This document shows, one piece after another, positions 33,756-41,982 of a stretch of DNA of 64,000 nucleotides. The first letter of the stretch is position 1. Each line of letters starts with the position of its first letter. The notes beneath the pieces were generated by a model. It saw only the letters and a list, made by a program, of their open reading frames with translations. It searched no databases and was not told the origin of the DNA. The position numbers and the translations under genes were made by a program. This DNA is from a phage. The stretch lies in the NCBI GenBank assembly GCA_023802575.1, contig GCA_023802575.1_3947.1. The stretch is one strand, 5' to 3'.

Positions 33756-34652
33756 TTAATCAAGGTTTGCTACAGTAACTTGGCTATAATGTGTTAAGCC
33801 ACGGTCTTTAGCTTCCCCTAAAGAGTTTGTAGTGTAGATATGGTCAATACCATTGTCAAGAAGGTTTTCAACATCTTTAGAGAAGATACCATGTGTTACA
33901 TAGAGTTCCACTCGTTTTGCACCTGCTTCACGAAGATGTTTAGCTGCTTCTATGAAGGTTCGTCCTCCATCACAAATATCATCCAGAATCATGACGGTTT
34001 TATCTGTCAAATCAACATCGTCAAGGATTCGCATACCAGTGATTTCACCAGTCTTGAGGTTGCGTACTTTAGACATTGTGATATATGGTTTATCCACCTC
34101 TTTAGCGGTTTCTGCAACCTTCTTAGCAGCACCTGCATCTGGGGCCACTAAGTAATCAACCAGTGGGTCATTTGCATAGTGGACTGCAATCTCCTTTTGA
34201 GGAATACTCTGGAAGCAGTTAAACAGGTTATCTGGAACGTAACTGTGAGGGTCAACTGCACAGACTGCACCAAACCCCATTGCATTAACCTGTTTAGCAA
34301 AAACCTTCAAAGCTGCTGCATCGCCTTTAAACATGTGACGGTCATATCGTGCATTTGGTAAGTAGTAAAAGATGACAGTCTTTAAAGCATAATCATGAGG
34401 AATTAAATCATCAATTGCTTCTTTAGCAAGTGCTACAGCAAACAATGTGTCTTTATCATAACCTTTTACAATCATAATCACATTGTTGATGGATGATGCA
34501 GCATAAGCAGTAAAATCAACAAACTCTGGTGAAAAGTGTCCACCAATCTCACCAGAAGGAAATTGGATGATGTTAAACTCTTCTTCATGAGTTCCTTTAG
34601 TTGGTGAATGAACTGTAACACGTATAGATGTTTTCATAATTTTCTCTCTCAA
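33756..34652 (-). CDS. ribose-phosphate pyrophosphokinase (Prs)-like protein (298 aa): PRPP synthetase or NARP1 ADP-ribose pyrophosphokinase (Adps)
   Basis: phosphoribosyl-pyrophosphate binding loop VMILDDICDGGRTF; immediately upstream of NAMPT-like gene. Confidence 0.8.
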   Translation of the reverse strand: MREKIMKTSIRVTVHSPTKGTHEEEFNIIQFPSGEIGGHFSPEFVDFTAYAASSINNVIMIVKGYDKDTLFAVALAKEAIDDLIPHDYALKTVIFYYLPNARYDRHMFKGDAAALKVFAKQVNAMGFGAVCAVDPHSYVPDNLFNCFQSIPQKEIAVHYANDPLVDYLVAPDAGAAKKVAETAKEVDKPYITMSKVRNLKTGEITGMRILDDVDLTDKTVMILDDICDGGRTFIEAAKHLREAGAKRVELYVTHGIFSKDVENLLDNGIDHIYTTNSLGEAKDRGLTHYSQVTVANLD

Positions 34653-34927
34653 TCAAAAGTTACGTTAGTTACTGCCATTGCAGACTTGCATTTCACAGGG
34701 TCTACAACGTGATAAAGTACACTACAGTTTCCTGTACTATCTGGCACAGGCTTTACCCATTGCTGTTTGACAGTTGGTTCTCCTAAGTCTTTGTAAGAAC
34801 CATCTGTATAATTATTTACCATCTCAAGTGCAATTGGCTCTGGGACATGACCACGTATCATGTACATTTCACAACCATTACCACCTTCACTGACTAATGA
34901 TAAAATCTCCCACTTTTCTTTAGCCAT
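34649..34927 (-). CDS. hypothetical protein (92 aa)
   Basis: six-frame ORF; ATGA coupling. Confidence 0.5.
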   Translation of the reverse strand: MAKEKWEILSLVSEGGNGCEMYMIRGHVPEPIALEMVNNYTDGSYKDLGEPTVKQQWVKPVPDSTGNCSVLYHVVDPVKCKSAMAVTNVTFD

Positions 34928-35435
34928 TGTAAGTTGCCCTATAAACTATCTCGAACTTCAACAGGAGAGATATTGCCAAATCTGTATAGTTGTTGTCAAG
35001 CACATCTGGCATATTATTTTTGATATATCTCTCTTGCTCTTCATAGGTCATCTTAGGGGTACTTAAAAGACTATCTCCTTGCTTCTGGTTATCAGCTTTA
35101 GTCTGAATAAACCAGTTTGTACAGTGATGTTCACCACCTTTTGTAACAGGTTTGTGGTGGCCTAATGTGAAGGATTGACTGCCTGTGTATCTGCAAAGTT
35201 TATTGAGTACTGTAATGGTGTTCTTCACAACAAAACATTCATACAGGTTGTCTATGGTGTAGTGTGGGGAATATCGAAATAATGCTCTTTCACGAGTACT
35301 CTCACGATTCCAGAGAATCATGTGATTGGAGTTGGAAGGGTCGTATTGGTGGGAGTCAATGAACTCTTGACGTTCCTCAAAACTGAGTCTTAACACTGAC
35401 ATTGCAGCAGAACGTTTCAGATTTGACAGATACAT
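34920..35435 (-). CDS. HNH endonuclease-like protein (171 aa)
   Basis: GHHKPVTKGGEHHCTNW resembles HNH core (HH..P...GG...N). Confidence 0.45.
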   Translation of the reverse strand: MYLSNLKRSAAMSVLRLSFEERQEFIDSHQYDPSNSNHMILWNRESTRERALFRYSPHYTIDNLYECFVVKNTITVLNKLCRYTGSQSFTLGHHKPVTKGGEHHCTNWFIQTKADNQKQGDSLLSTPKMTYEEQERYIKNNMPDVLDNNYTDLAISLLLKFEIVYRATYNG

Positions 35436-35446
35436 ATTATCTCCAA

Positions 35447-35473
35447 AATAAAAAGGGAACCTTTACAGTTCCC
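35447..35473 (-). terminator. intrinsic terminator
   Basis: GGGAAC-CTTTACA-GTTCCC plus minus-sense U-tract. Confidence 0.6.
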
Positions 35474-35486
35474 TTATAGTATCTGC

Positions 35487-35807
35487 TTACTGAGCTACTT
35501 TCAAGATTCTTGTGAATGGAATTTCACTTTCTTCCATTAACTCTTTAGTTTCTTTGGTAACTTTCACAAAGTTATCTAGGCAGATAATCTTCTTATCTTT
35601 CTTGCTATAGGTTAATTTAACCTTTTCAATATCTTTCTCAGAGCTTTTCTCTTCATTGAAGAGTTTTACAGCCTCTTTGAATGGGAGATATGAGCCATCA
35701 TTATCACTAATGAATCCTGTACCACAATAGTAGGAGTTATGCTCTCTAGCCATAAACTGGCACAGTAAGAAAATCTGTAATTTACGAGTGTTATAAACTT
35801 TGCTCAT
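35487..35807 (-). CDS. hypothetical protein (106 aa)
   Basis: six-frame ORF. Confidence 0.5.
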   Translation of the reverse strand: MSKVYNTRKLQIFLLCQFMAREHNSYYCGTGFISDNDGSYLPFKEAVKLFNEEKSSEKDIEKVKLTYSKKDKKIICLDNFVKVTKETKELMEESEIPFTRILKVAQ

Positions 35808-35809
35808 GA

Positions 35810-36076
35810 TTATTTAGCCTTCTTATTACGTTTACGGTTACGAGCTTTCTTAGCTGCTCGTTTAATAGCTGCTGCACCAGACGGACGGTGGGCTTGTTTC
35901 TTACCACCTTTGCCACGGCCTACATAGATGTAAGGCTGCTGTTCAATTTGGCTTGTAAGAACCTGTGCAACCGCTGAAGCATCTACACCGACCTGCTTTC
36001 CAGTCATAGAAACAATTGCTGCTGCTTTTGCCAGTGCCTTCAAGAATCCGGCTTTCATATTACCTAAAATTCCCAT
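35810..36076 (-). CDS. small basic protein (88 aa), Lys/Arg-rich C-terminus
   Basis: C-terminal KRAAKKARNRKRNKKAK. Confidence 0.5.
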   Translation of the reverse strand: MGILGNMKAGFLKALAKAAAIVSMTGKQVGVDASAVAQVLTSQIEQQPYIYVGRGKGGKKQAHRPSGAAAIKRAAKKARNRKRNKKAK

Positions 36077-36172
36077 TTTTAGTCTCTCTCATTAAAGTTT
36101 AATGCAGAACTTATGAAGTTCTTCTTCAGTGATACCAATTGGAGTTATACCTTAATCCATTTGCCAGAATAA

Positions 36173-36658
36173 TCATTCTGCTCGCCATTGGCAATCACCT
36201 TGCCACCCATACTCTTTTCTCCAGAGGTTTTGGTTATCAGAACCACGATATGGTTTAACTGTTGGTTTAGATGAATCATACTTACCATCAATCACCACGT
36301 CAACATATTTCATCACATCAAGGTGAATTTTTTCATGTAACTGAAAACCTGTCCAGAGCCAGATAGATTTTTCTGGGTAAACGGTTTTAATACGTTTGCA
36401 TATGTTGGTAACCTCTTGAATGTTTCTATCATCCAGAGGTTCTCCACCAAGTATTGACAGCCCACTGATGGCATTATCATCCATTAACTTAATGATGCCG
36501 TAGAGGTTTGCATAAGTAAACACTTTACCGGCATTAAACTTCCAAGACTCCCTGTTAAAGCAGCCTTCACAGTGATGCTTACAACCAGCTACGAAGAGGC
36601 TTACACGAACCCCTTCACCATTAGCTGTGTCAAATGGTCGAATCTCCATGTAATTCAT
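36173..36658 (-). CDS. nrdG: anaerobic ribonucleotide reductase activating protein (radical SAM)
   Basis: Cx3Cx2C cluster CKHHCEGC near N-terminus; 161 aa; near nrdD. Confidence 0.8.
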   Translation of the reverse strand: MNYMEIRPFDTANGEGVRVSLFVAGCKHHCEGCFNRESWKFNAGKVFTYANLYGIIKLMDDNAISGLSILGGEPLDDRNIQEVTNICKRIKTVYPEKSIWLWTGFQLHEKIHLDVMKYVDVVIDGKYDSSKPTVKPYRGSDNQNLWRKEYGWQGDCQWRAE

Positions 36659-36667
36659 CTAGTTACC

Positions 36668-36967
36668 TCACCAATACATATAAGTGTTCTTAGCGGCTTT
36701 CTTTGGAGACTTACTATCAATGTCAAAGTCTTCATCTAAGAAGGATGTCTTAGAAAGCTGCCTGATTTGTGTTCTTGTAAGACGTTTAGTAGCCTCCTTA
36801 ATCTCTCTACAAGGCTGGCTTGTGAAGTCATAAGAGCCACCTTTTCTGGACATCATATCAGAATGGAAGTAGACATCTGAAGCATTTTCTCTGTTACGTA
36901 CCTCATTTCTCCACTCATAGAGTCCATGAACGTTCTTCAAACCTTTTCTTCGAATTGTTTTACTCAT
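36668..36967 (-). CDS. hypothetical protein (99 aa)
   Basis: six-frame ORF. Confidence 0.5.
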   Translation of the reverse strand: MSKTIRRKGLKNVHGLYEWRNEVRNRENASDVYFHSDMMSRKGGSYDFTSQPCREIKEATKRLTRTQIRQLSKTSFLDEDFDIDSKSPKKAAKNTYMYW

Positions 36968-37359
36968 TCAAACACCACCTGACAAGGAACCTGTTTAGTA
37001 ATAAACTCTTCGCAGTGCTCTTTAATGAAGTTTTGTAATGGCACACAGTCTTGTGCACAAGTCATTAGCATAATGTACTCTGGATTCATAATATTTTCAA
37101 GACTGTAGAAGACAACATCGTCAGATAGCTCGTGACCATCTTCTTCAGACCAAGTTCCAGTGACTACAGCTAATTTGTCAAGTAATTCATTAGGCAAAGC
37201 TACACCATCTTCTACGGAATCACTTAGAACGTTGTCACCAACATACAATGTGAAGGTCGTATGAAATGTTGAGTATTTTACGTGATTCTTTTCGCAAGAG
37301 CCACACTCTGAGGCGTAATCTTTAATCCACTCTAATTGTTTTTGGCTTAACTTAATCAT
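36964..37359 (-). CDS. hypothetical protein (131 aa)
   Basis: six-frame ORF. Confidence 0.5.
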   Translation of the reverse strand: MIKLSQKQLEWIKDYASECGSCEKNHVKYSTFHTTFTLYVGDNVLSDSVEDGVALPNELLDKLAVVTGTWSEEDGHELSDDVVFYSLENIMNPEYIMLMTCAQDCVPLQNFIKEHCEEFITKQVPCQVVFE

Positions 37360-37571
37360 AATTTGACCTTAGTTGGTATTGCAGAAAATGCAATAGTTAA
37401 CCCTAAAAATGGTTTGAAGCATGACCACAAATCCATCTGACCCTGATATGAAAACTCCCATTGTGGGTCTGAGAAACCCCATACTGTGACACTAACCCCA
37501 ATGAAGAATACCGCTATATGCAGTATGGGTATCGACACCTTTAAAAGCTTAGACATAATTAATTCCACCAT
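37356..37571 (-). CDS. small membrane protein (71 aa)
   Basis: hydrophobic helices. Confidence 0.45.
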   Translation of the reverse strand: MVELIMSKLLKVSIPILHIAVFFIGVSVTVWGFSDPQWEFSYQGQMDLWSCFKPFLGLTIAFSAIPTKVKL

Positions 37572-37942
37572 ATAGTTTTCCCATTATCACATGTGTAAAG
37601 ATATTCTACAGAAGTTTGTGGAACAAGTATAGTGGTACTCCCACTAAGCACGCTCACAAAATAAGTGACCTCACGGTTTTGAGAGGTTTTTACACAATTG
37701 TTTGCATCCATCCATGCCATTACCTTATACGAATCATATACAACAAAAGCACAAAATATAAGGAATACCACTACCATAGCTTTAAAGATAAACTCAGGCC
37801 AAAAATCTGAGCAAATAATGTCTTTAAAACGCATGACACCGATAATGATTAATATGATGAGACATGCAAGGCCACAAACTGCTACATAAAGCCACAAGTC
37901 CATGATACAACTCCAATAAAAAAGGTGATGTAAGCCTATCAA
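37559..37942 (-). CDS. membrane protein (127 aa)
   Basis: two or three hydrophobic helices. Confidence 0.5.
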   Translation of the reverse strand: MIGLHHLFYWSCIMDLWLYVAVCGLACLIILIIIGVMRFKDIICSDFWPEFIFKAMVVVFLIFCAFVVYDSYKVMAWMDANNCVKTSQNREVTYFVSVLSGSTTILVPQTSVEYLYTCDNGKTIWWN

Positions 37943-37965
37943 GACTCACACCACCATGTCAAGTT

Positions 37966-40110
37966 TTACATAGAAACTCTGTCACGAATCTCAGCGATTT
38001 TTGCATCGTTCATTCGGGATTCACCTTTAATCTTAGTCCATCCAAGATACCCACACACCCTGTTAATCACAGAGATATCATGTGAGTGACAAACTTCACA
38101 CTCTTCAACATCTGATTTTGGTCTGTTACCACAATGCTCACAGATTGCTAAGTCAAAGTTAAGTCCCTGATAGAAACCTTTCAACATCCCTCTTGTAATA
38201 CAGCTCTTAAGTGCTGATAAGTTTTCTGGGTTAGCTACTCTTACATACTGGATTCTACCGCCTCTACAGATATGGAAGAATGGTTCTTCTAAGTCCTGCT
38301 TCTCAAATGGTGAGATGTCTGCTGCAACATTCATATGGAAACTGTTTGTAAAGTATTCCTTGTCAGAAACGCCTTTGATAACGCCAAACATATCTCTGAA
38401 CTGTTTTAGTTGAGTTCCGCAAAGTGATTCTGCTGGAGTACCATAGACGGCATATAAGAAGCCATCTTCATTTTTAAACTCTTCGGTTTTCATGTTAATG
38501 TATGCCAGAACATCATATGCAAAACTATAGCTTCCAACTTCATGCAGTCGTTTACCTTCAGCAAGAACAGACAACTCATCAAGCGCAGTAACACCAAAAG
38601 AAGCTGTGAAGGACTTCACAATATCCCAACCAACCTTGTCAGTAGGTTTCTTAGTTCCTTTGTACAGACCACCTTGTGTGAATGCAAGAGGGTTAGAGCT
38701 TGCTGGCATATTAGCAATCATTTCGTAGCGTTTCTTATGGAAACTACGAATCATCTCTAGGTACTTATCAAGCTCTTTCCAGAAATCTAAGCCATTCTCT
38801 TTAGAATACTGGTAAATCATTGGTAAGTTCAAAGATACAGCACCAATGTTAGCACGACCAACGTAGAACTCTTCTCCACCCTCATTAAGATATGGAGATA
38901 AAAAGGCTCTGCAACCCATCGGTGAAATTACCTTACCAGAACGCTCAAAAGCCTCTGCTACAGCACCATGACCAGACACACTTAAGAAATCTGGGTACAT
39001 TGCTTTAGAGCAACACTCAATAGCTTTACTGTACAGGTGACCTTGACAGATATTTTCATCATGTCTCTTCTGGTCATAAATATAAACCAGTTTAGGGAAT
39101 ACAACAGGTTTTTTGCTCTTGCCTTGTCCATTCATACGAACATCTAGGAGAGTACTTGCAATCATGTATTGTAGTCGATTATCCTCATTAGACATATCTG
39201 AGTCAAGTAAACCAAATGTTAAAGTTGTGAATGCAAAATCACCACGGCTACAAGGTACGGTATTTAGTTTCATCTCAAGTGACTGAAAACCTTGAGTCAG
39301 TTCAATTTGTAACTGCTCCATTACATAATTGTGGTAATGCTCTTTAGGAATACCATAAGATGATGCTTTCTCAGCATGATAGCGTAGAGACTTCTTAGCA
39401 TACGGTACAAGTACCTTATCAATCTCTGCTAAAGTAAAACCACCAAATTGCTGTGCAGTTGCTGAAAGTACTACGTCACCAATAACCTGCAACGCTGACA
39501 GTACAGATTTAGGTTCACAGTACTCAATGCCGGACATTTCAAAGCCGCCTTTTAGTACTTTACCAATGTCAAACAGGCAACAGTTAATACCACCAAAAAT
39601 CAGGTCTCTCAAATCGTGGATATAGATAAAGCCTTTCTCAATGGCTTCAAGTTCCTCTGGTGTTAGATGATACTGTTTAAAGATTTCTTTAGTCAGGTAA
39701 CCACGGATAATTGAACCTTTCGTAGAAATTAAACTGCTGTCAAAGTTAGCATTTTCACGGTCACCTAAGAAGAGTGTGTCTCTAGTCTTTTGGTAAAGTT
39801 CATCCCAATTTTGAGCAACCTCTTTACGGTAATTTCTGTATGTTGAGTAAGACTCATAAATCTCGTGATTGACCTCTGCCAAAGCACCTTCAACAATACT
39901 GTGAATATCGTTTACCGAAATTAGTAAATTATTCTGTTTAGTAGATTTTACCAGAATCCTCATAAATGCTGACTCAAGAGCTTGAGTAACATCTGGTGGG
40001 AGTTCTTTATACCCAACCCTATTAGCTGACTTTGTGACTGCTGCTAAAACTTTTTTGATATCAGGTTCTTCGAGTGAGCCATTCTTTTTAATAATCTGTA
40101 CTTTGTTCAT
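37966..40110 (-). CDS. nrdD: anaerobic ribonucleoside-triphosphate reductase (class III)
   Basis: 714 aa; C-terminal zinc ribbon CEHCG...CEVCH and glycyl-radical motif RVCGYLG. Confidence 0.9.
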   Translation of the reverse strand: MNKVQIIKKNGSLEEPDIKKVLAAVTKSANRVGYKELPPDVTQALESAFMRILVKSTKQNNLLISVNDIHSIVEGALAEVNHEIYESYSTYRNYRKEVAQNWDELYQKTRDTLFLGDRENANFDSSLISTKGSIIRGYLTKEIFKQYHLTPEELEAIEKGFIYIHDLRDLIFGGINCCLFDIGKVLKGGFEMSGIEYCEPKSVLSALQVIGDVVLSATAQQFGGFTLAEIDKVLVPYAKKSLRYHAEKASSYGIPKEHYHNYVMEQLQIELTQGFQSLEMKLNTVPCSRGDFAFTTLTFGLLDSDMSNEDNRLQYMIASTLLDVRMNGQGKSKKPVVFPKLVYIYDQKRHDENICQGHLYSKAIECCSKAMYPDFLSVSGHGAVAEAFERSGKVISPMGCRAFLSPYLNEGGEEFYVGRANIGAVSLNLPMIYQYSKENGLDFWKELDKYLEMIRSFHKKRYEMIANMPASSNPLAFTQGGLYKGTKKPTDKVGWDIVKSFTASFGVTALDELSVLAEGKRLHEVGSYSFAYDVLAYINMKTEEFKNEDGFLYAVYGTPAESLCGTQLKQFRDMFGVIKGVSDKEYFTNSFHMNVAADISPFEKQDLEEPFFHICRGGRIQYVRVANPENLSALKSCITRGMLKGFYQGLNFDLAICEHCGNRPKSDVEECEVCHSHDISVINRVCGYLGWTKIKGESRMNDAKIAEIRDRVSM

Positions 40111-40128
40111 TATTGCCCCTTTACATGC

Positions 40129-40150
40129 TAAAAAGGTCTCCGAAGAGACC
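40129..40150 (-). terminator. intrinsic terminator-like hairpin
   Basis: GGTCTC-CGAA-GAGACC flanked by A/T runs. Confidence 0.55.
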
Positions 40151-40158
40151 CTTTCATT

Positions 40159-40365
40159 TTAAATCTTTTTAGAAAACTTCGAAACGAGTTTTCTTAGTTT
40201 TTCAGTGATGCCTAACTGTATCTCTAATATTTCAAAGATAACCCATAGTAACATGGCCCCAAACAATGAACCTTGTTCAAAATCAGTAAATAGGTTAACA
40301 ATCAGCATACCAATCACAATGGCTGGTGCATCAACAACCAGACCTTCCCAAAGGCGTTTAAGCAT
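40159..40365 (-). CDS. small membrane protein (68 aa)
   Basis: hydrophobic helices. Confidence 0.4.
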   Translation of the reverse strand: MLKRLWEGLVVDAPAIVIGMLIVNLFTDFEQGSLFGAMLLWVIFEILEIQLGITEKLRKLVSKFSKKI

Positions 40366-40600
40366 TATTCACCTCTGCCATAAAATTCTGTAGCGTTCCA
40401 ACAGGTTTTAGGTTTTGTCCATCAGTTTTCATGATGAATGGCATCTGACGAACTGGCATCTGTGCAATATCCATCAGGTCTGACAGTTCATAATCCTGCC
40501 CTAACATTCTCACAACATGGTCAATACCACGAGCTTTTGCAAAATTCTTTGCAGTCTCACACTGAGGGCATCCAGTTTTGGAGTAAATCACATAAGTCAT
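40358..40600 (-). CDS. glutaredoxin/NrdH-like redoxin (80 aa)
   Basis: CPQC active-site motif at N-terminus; sits between nrdD and nrdB. Confidence 0.7.
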   Translation of the reverse strand: MTYVIYSKTGCPQCETAKNFAKARGIDHVVRMLGQDYELSDLMDIAQMPVRQMPFIMKTDGQNLKPVGTLQNFMAEVNNA

Positions 40601-41673
40601 TAAGGAACCTCTAAAAATCCACTATTCAAATCATCTACAACAGTATTCAACAGGTACGCACCGTTCTGTTGCTCCTGATTAGCATTCTGCTCTTTATCAA
40701 TTTCCATCTTCTTAATCATATACTTCAAAGGTGGTTCTTTAGGAGCTACAAAATCTCTGGGAATGCCAAACATATCATACAGTGGGGCAGCATTATAGTA
40801 AACCCACTCATGAAGAAGTTTTGTGTTTAAGCCAACTACAGCACGTCCTTCGGAGAAGATATAATACGACCATTTCTCTTCACTTTCAACTACTTCATCT
40901 AAGATTACTTTAATCTCTGGAAGAATTTGTTGAAAAGCTTTCTGCCACTCATCATCTCTTAAAGTTTCTTTTAAAACTTCAATATCAATTTTGGTGTGAA
41001 GGATTTCATCAAGCATAATTTTCTGGACAGCTTGAGCAATACCCTGAAATTTATCCTGAGCATCAAGTGCAAAGGTACATGCAAAGGATGCCATGAAGGA
41101 AATGCCTTCAAGTGCAGTCACTGCAAACAGCCCTTTCAGAATCACTTTATGGAAGTGTAAAGGGTCTTTGTCCAGAAGTGAATCACGGACATAACTCAGG
41201 CGGTAGTTTATACCTTCATCCAGTAATTCTTCAAGAACACGATTCACAGTTTTTAATCGGTCTTGTACAGCAACATTCTGGTTAATCTCATCTAAAATTG
41301 TTTCAGGGTTTTTAATACATTGCCTTACAATCTCTGAGTAAGTAAGAGCATGTAGGTTTTCAATCTCAGACTGCTTCATAATTGCAGTTGCATAGATGTC
41401 ATCAGAGATGAATGGTGCAAAGGCGAATGCCAAGCTCTTAGCAACTTGGGTATCTGCTTCCCACTGCCACTTAAGAATCTCAAGCATTACACCTGACATT
41501 GATGCTGGGACACTCTCAAAATCAAGACGTGATTGTTCAAAAGGGAACTCATCTTCTGACCAATCTTGTGCTTTTTGTTGTTTATAAAGCTCAAAGATTT
41601 TTGGGTAGTGTTTATTAAGTGAGTCAAATGTCTTTCTCTCACCACCTAAAAAGATTGGGTGTTGGTTAATCAT
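40600..41673 (-). CDS. nrdB: ribonucleotide reductase small (beta) subunit, class Ia
   Basis: ferritin-like di-iron protein pattern; start trimmed to MINQHPIF to remove overlap; adjacent to nrdA. Confidence 0.85.
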   Translation of the reverse strand: MINQHPIFLGGERKTFDSLNKHYPKIFELYKQQKAQDWSEDEFPFEQSRLDFESVPASMSGVMLEILKWQWEADTQVAKSLAFAFAPFISDDIYATAIMKQSEIENLHALTYSEIVRQCIKNPETILDEINQNVAVQDRLKTVNRVLEELLDEGINYRLSYVRDSLLDKDPLHFHKVILKGLFAVTALEGISFMASFACTFALDAQDKFQGIAQAVQKIMLDEILHTKIDIEVLKETLRDDEWQKAFQQILPEIKVILDEVVESEEKWSYYIFSEGRAVVGLNTKLLHEWVYYNAAPLYDMFGIPRDFVAPKEPPLKYMIKKMEIDKEQNANQEQQNGAYLLNTVVDDLNSGFLEVP

Positions 41674-41927
41674 AGTGTGATTTCTCCTTTCTTTATCATT
41701 TCTAAGGCTTGTTTTCGGTCTAGAACTTCCCAATTTTCTTCATTGAACATCTCATATGGTCTTGCATAGATTTTACCATCTGCTGTAGAGATGTATGACA
41801 CACCATCGACCCACGAGTCATCATTTTGTTTTATCATCATATCTGTACTACTTACATAGTACAACGTTTTCCGAGGTTTGTAGAGCAGATAAATTGGCCA
41901 CTCATGATTTGCTATTAAGTCCTTCAT
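41670..41927 (-). CDS. hypothetical protein (~86 aa; start uncertain)
   Basis: ORF 41670..42011 trimmed to avoid overlap with nrdA. Confidence 0.4.
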   Translation of the reverse strand: MKDLIANHEWPIYLLYKPRKTLYYVSSTDMMIKQNDDSWVDGVSYISTADGKIYARPYEMFNEENWEVLDRKQALEMIKKGEITL

Positions 41928-41982
41928 ACTCTCTCCAAAGTTATTTTTAGAGGGTCTTTTACGACCCTCATAGTTGTTAAAA

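Noticed and set aside
32025-34361. Plus-strand ORFs inside the NAMPT-like and Prs-like genes (32025..32552, 32958..33293, 33840..34151, 33952..34155, 34179..34361)
   Set aside because: Antisense to long, well-supported coding regions; Cys-rich low-complexity translations typical of antisense frames.
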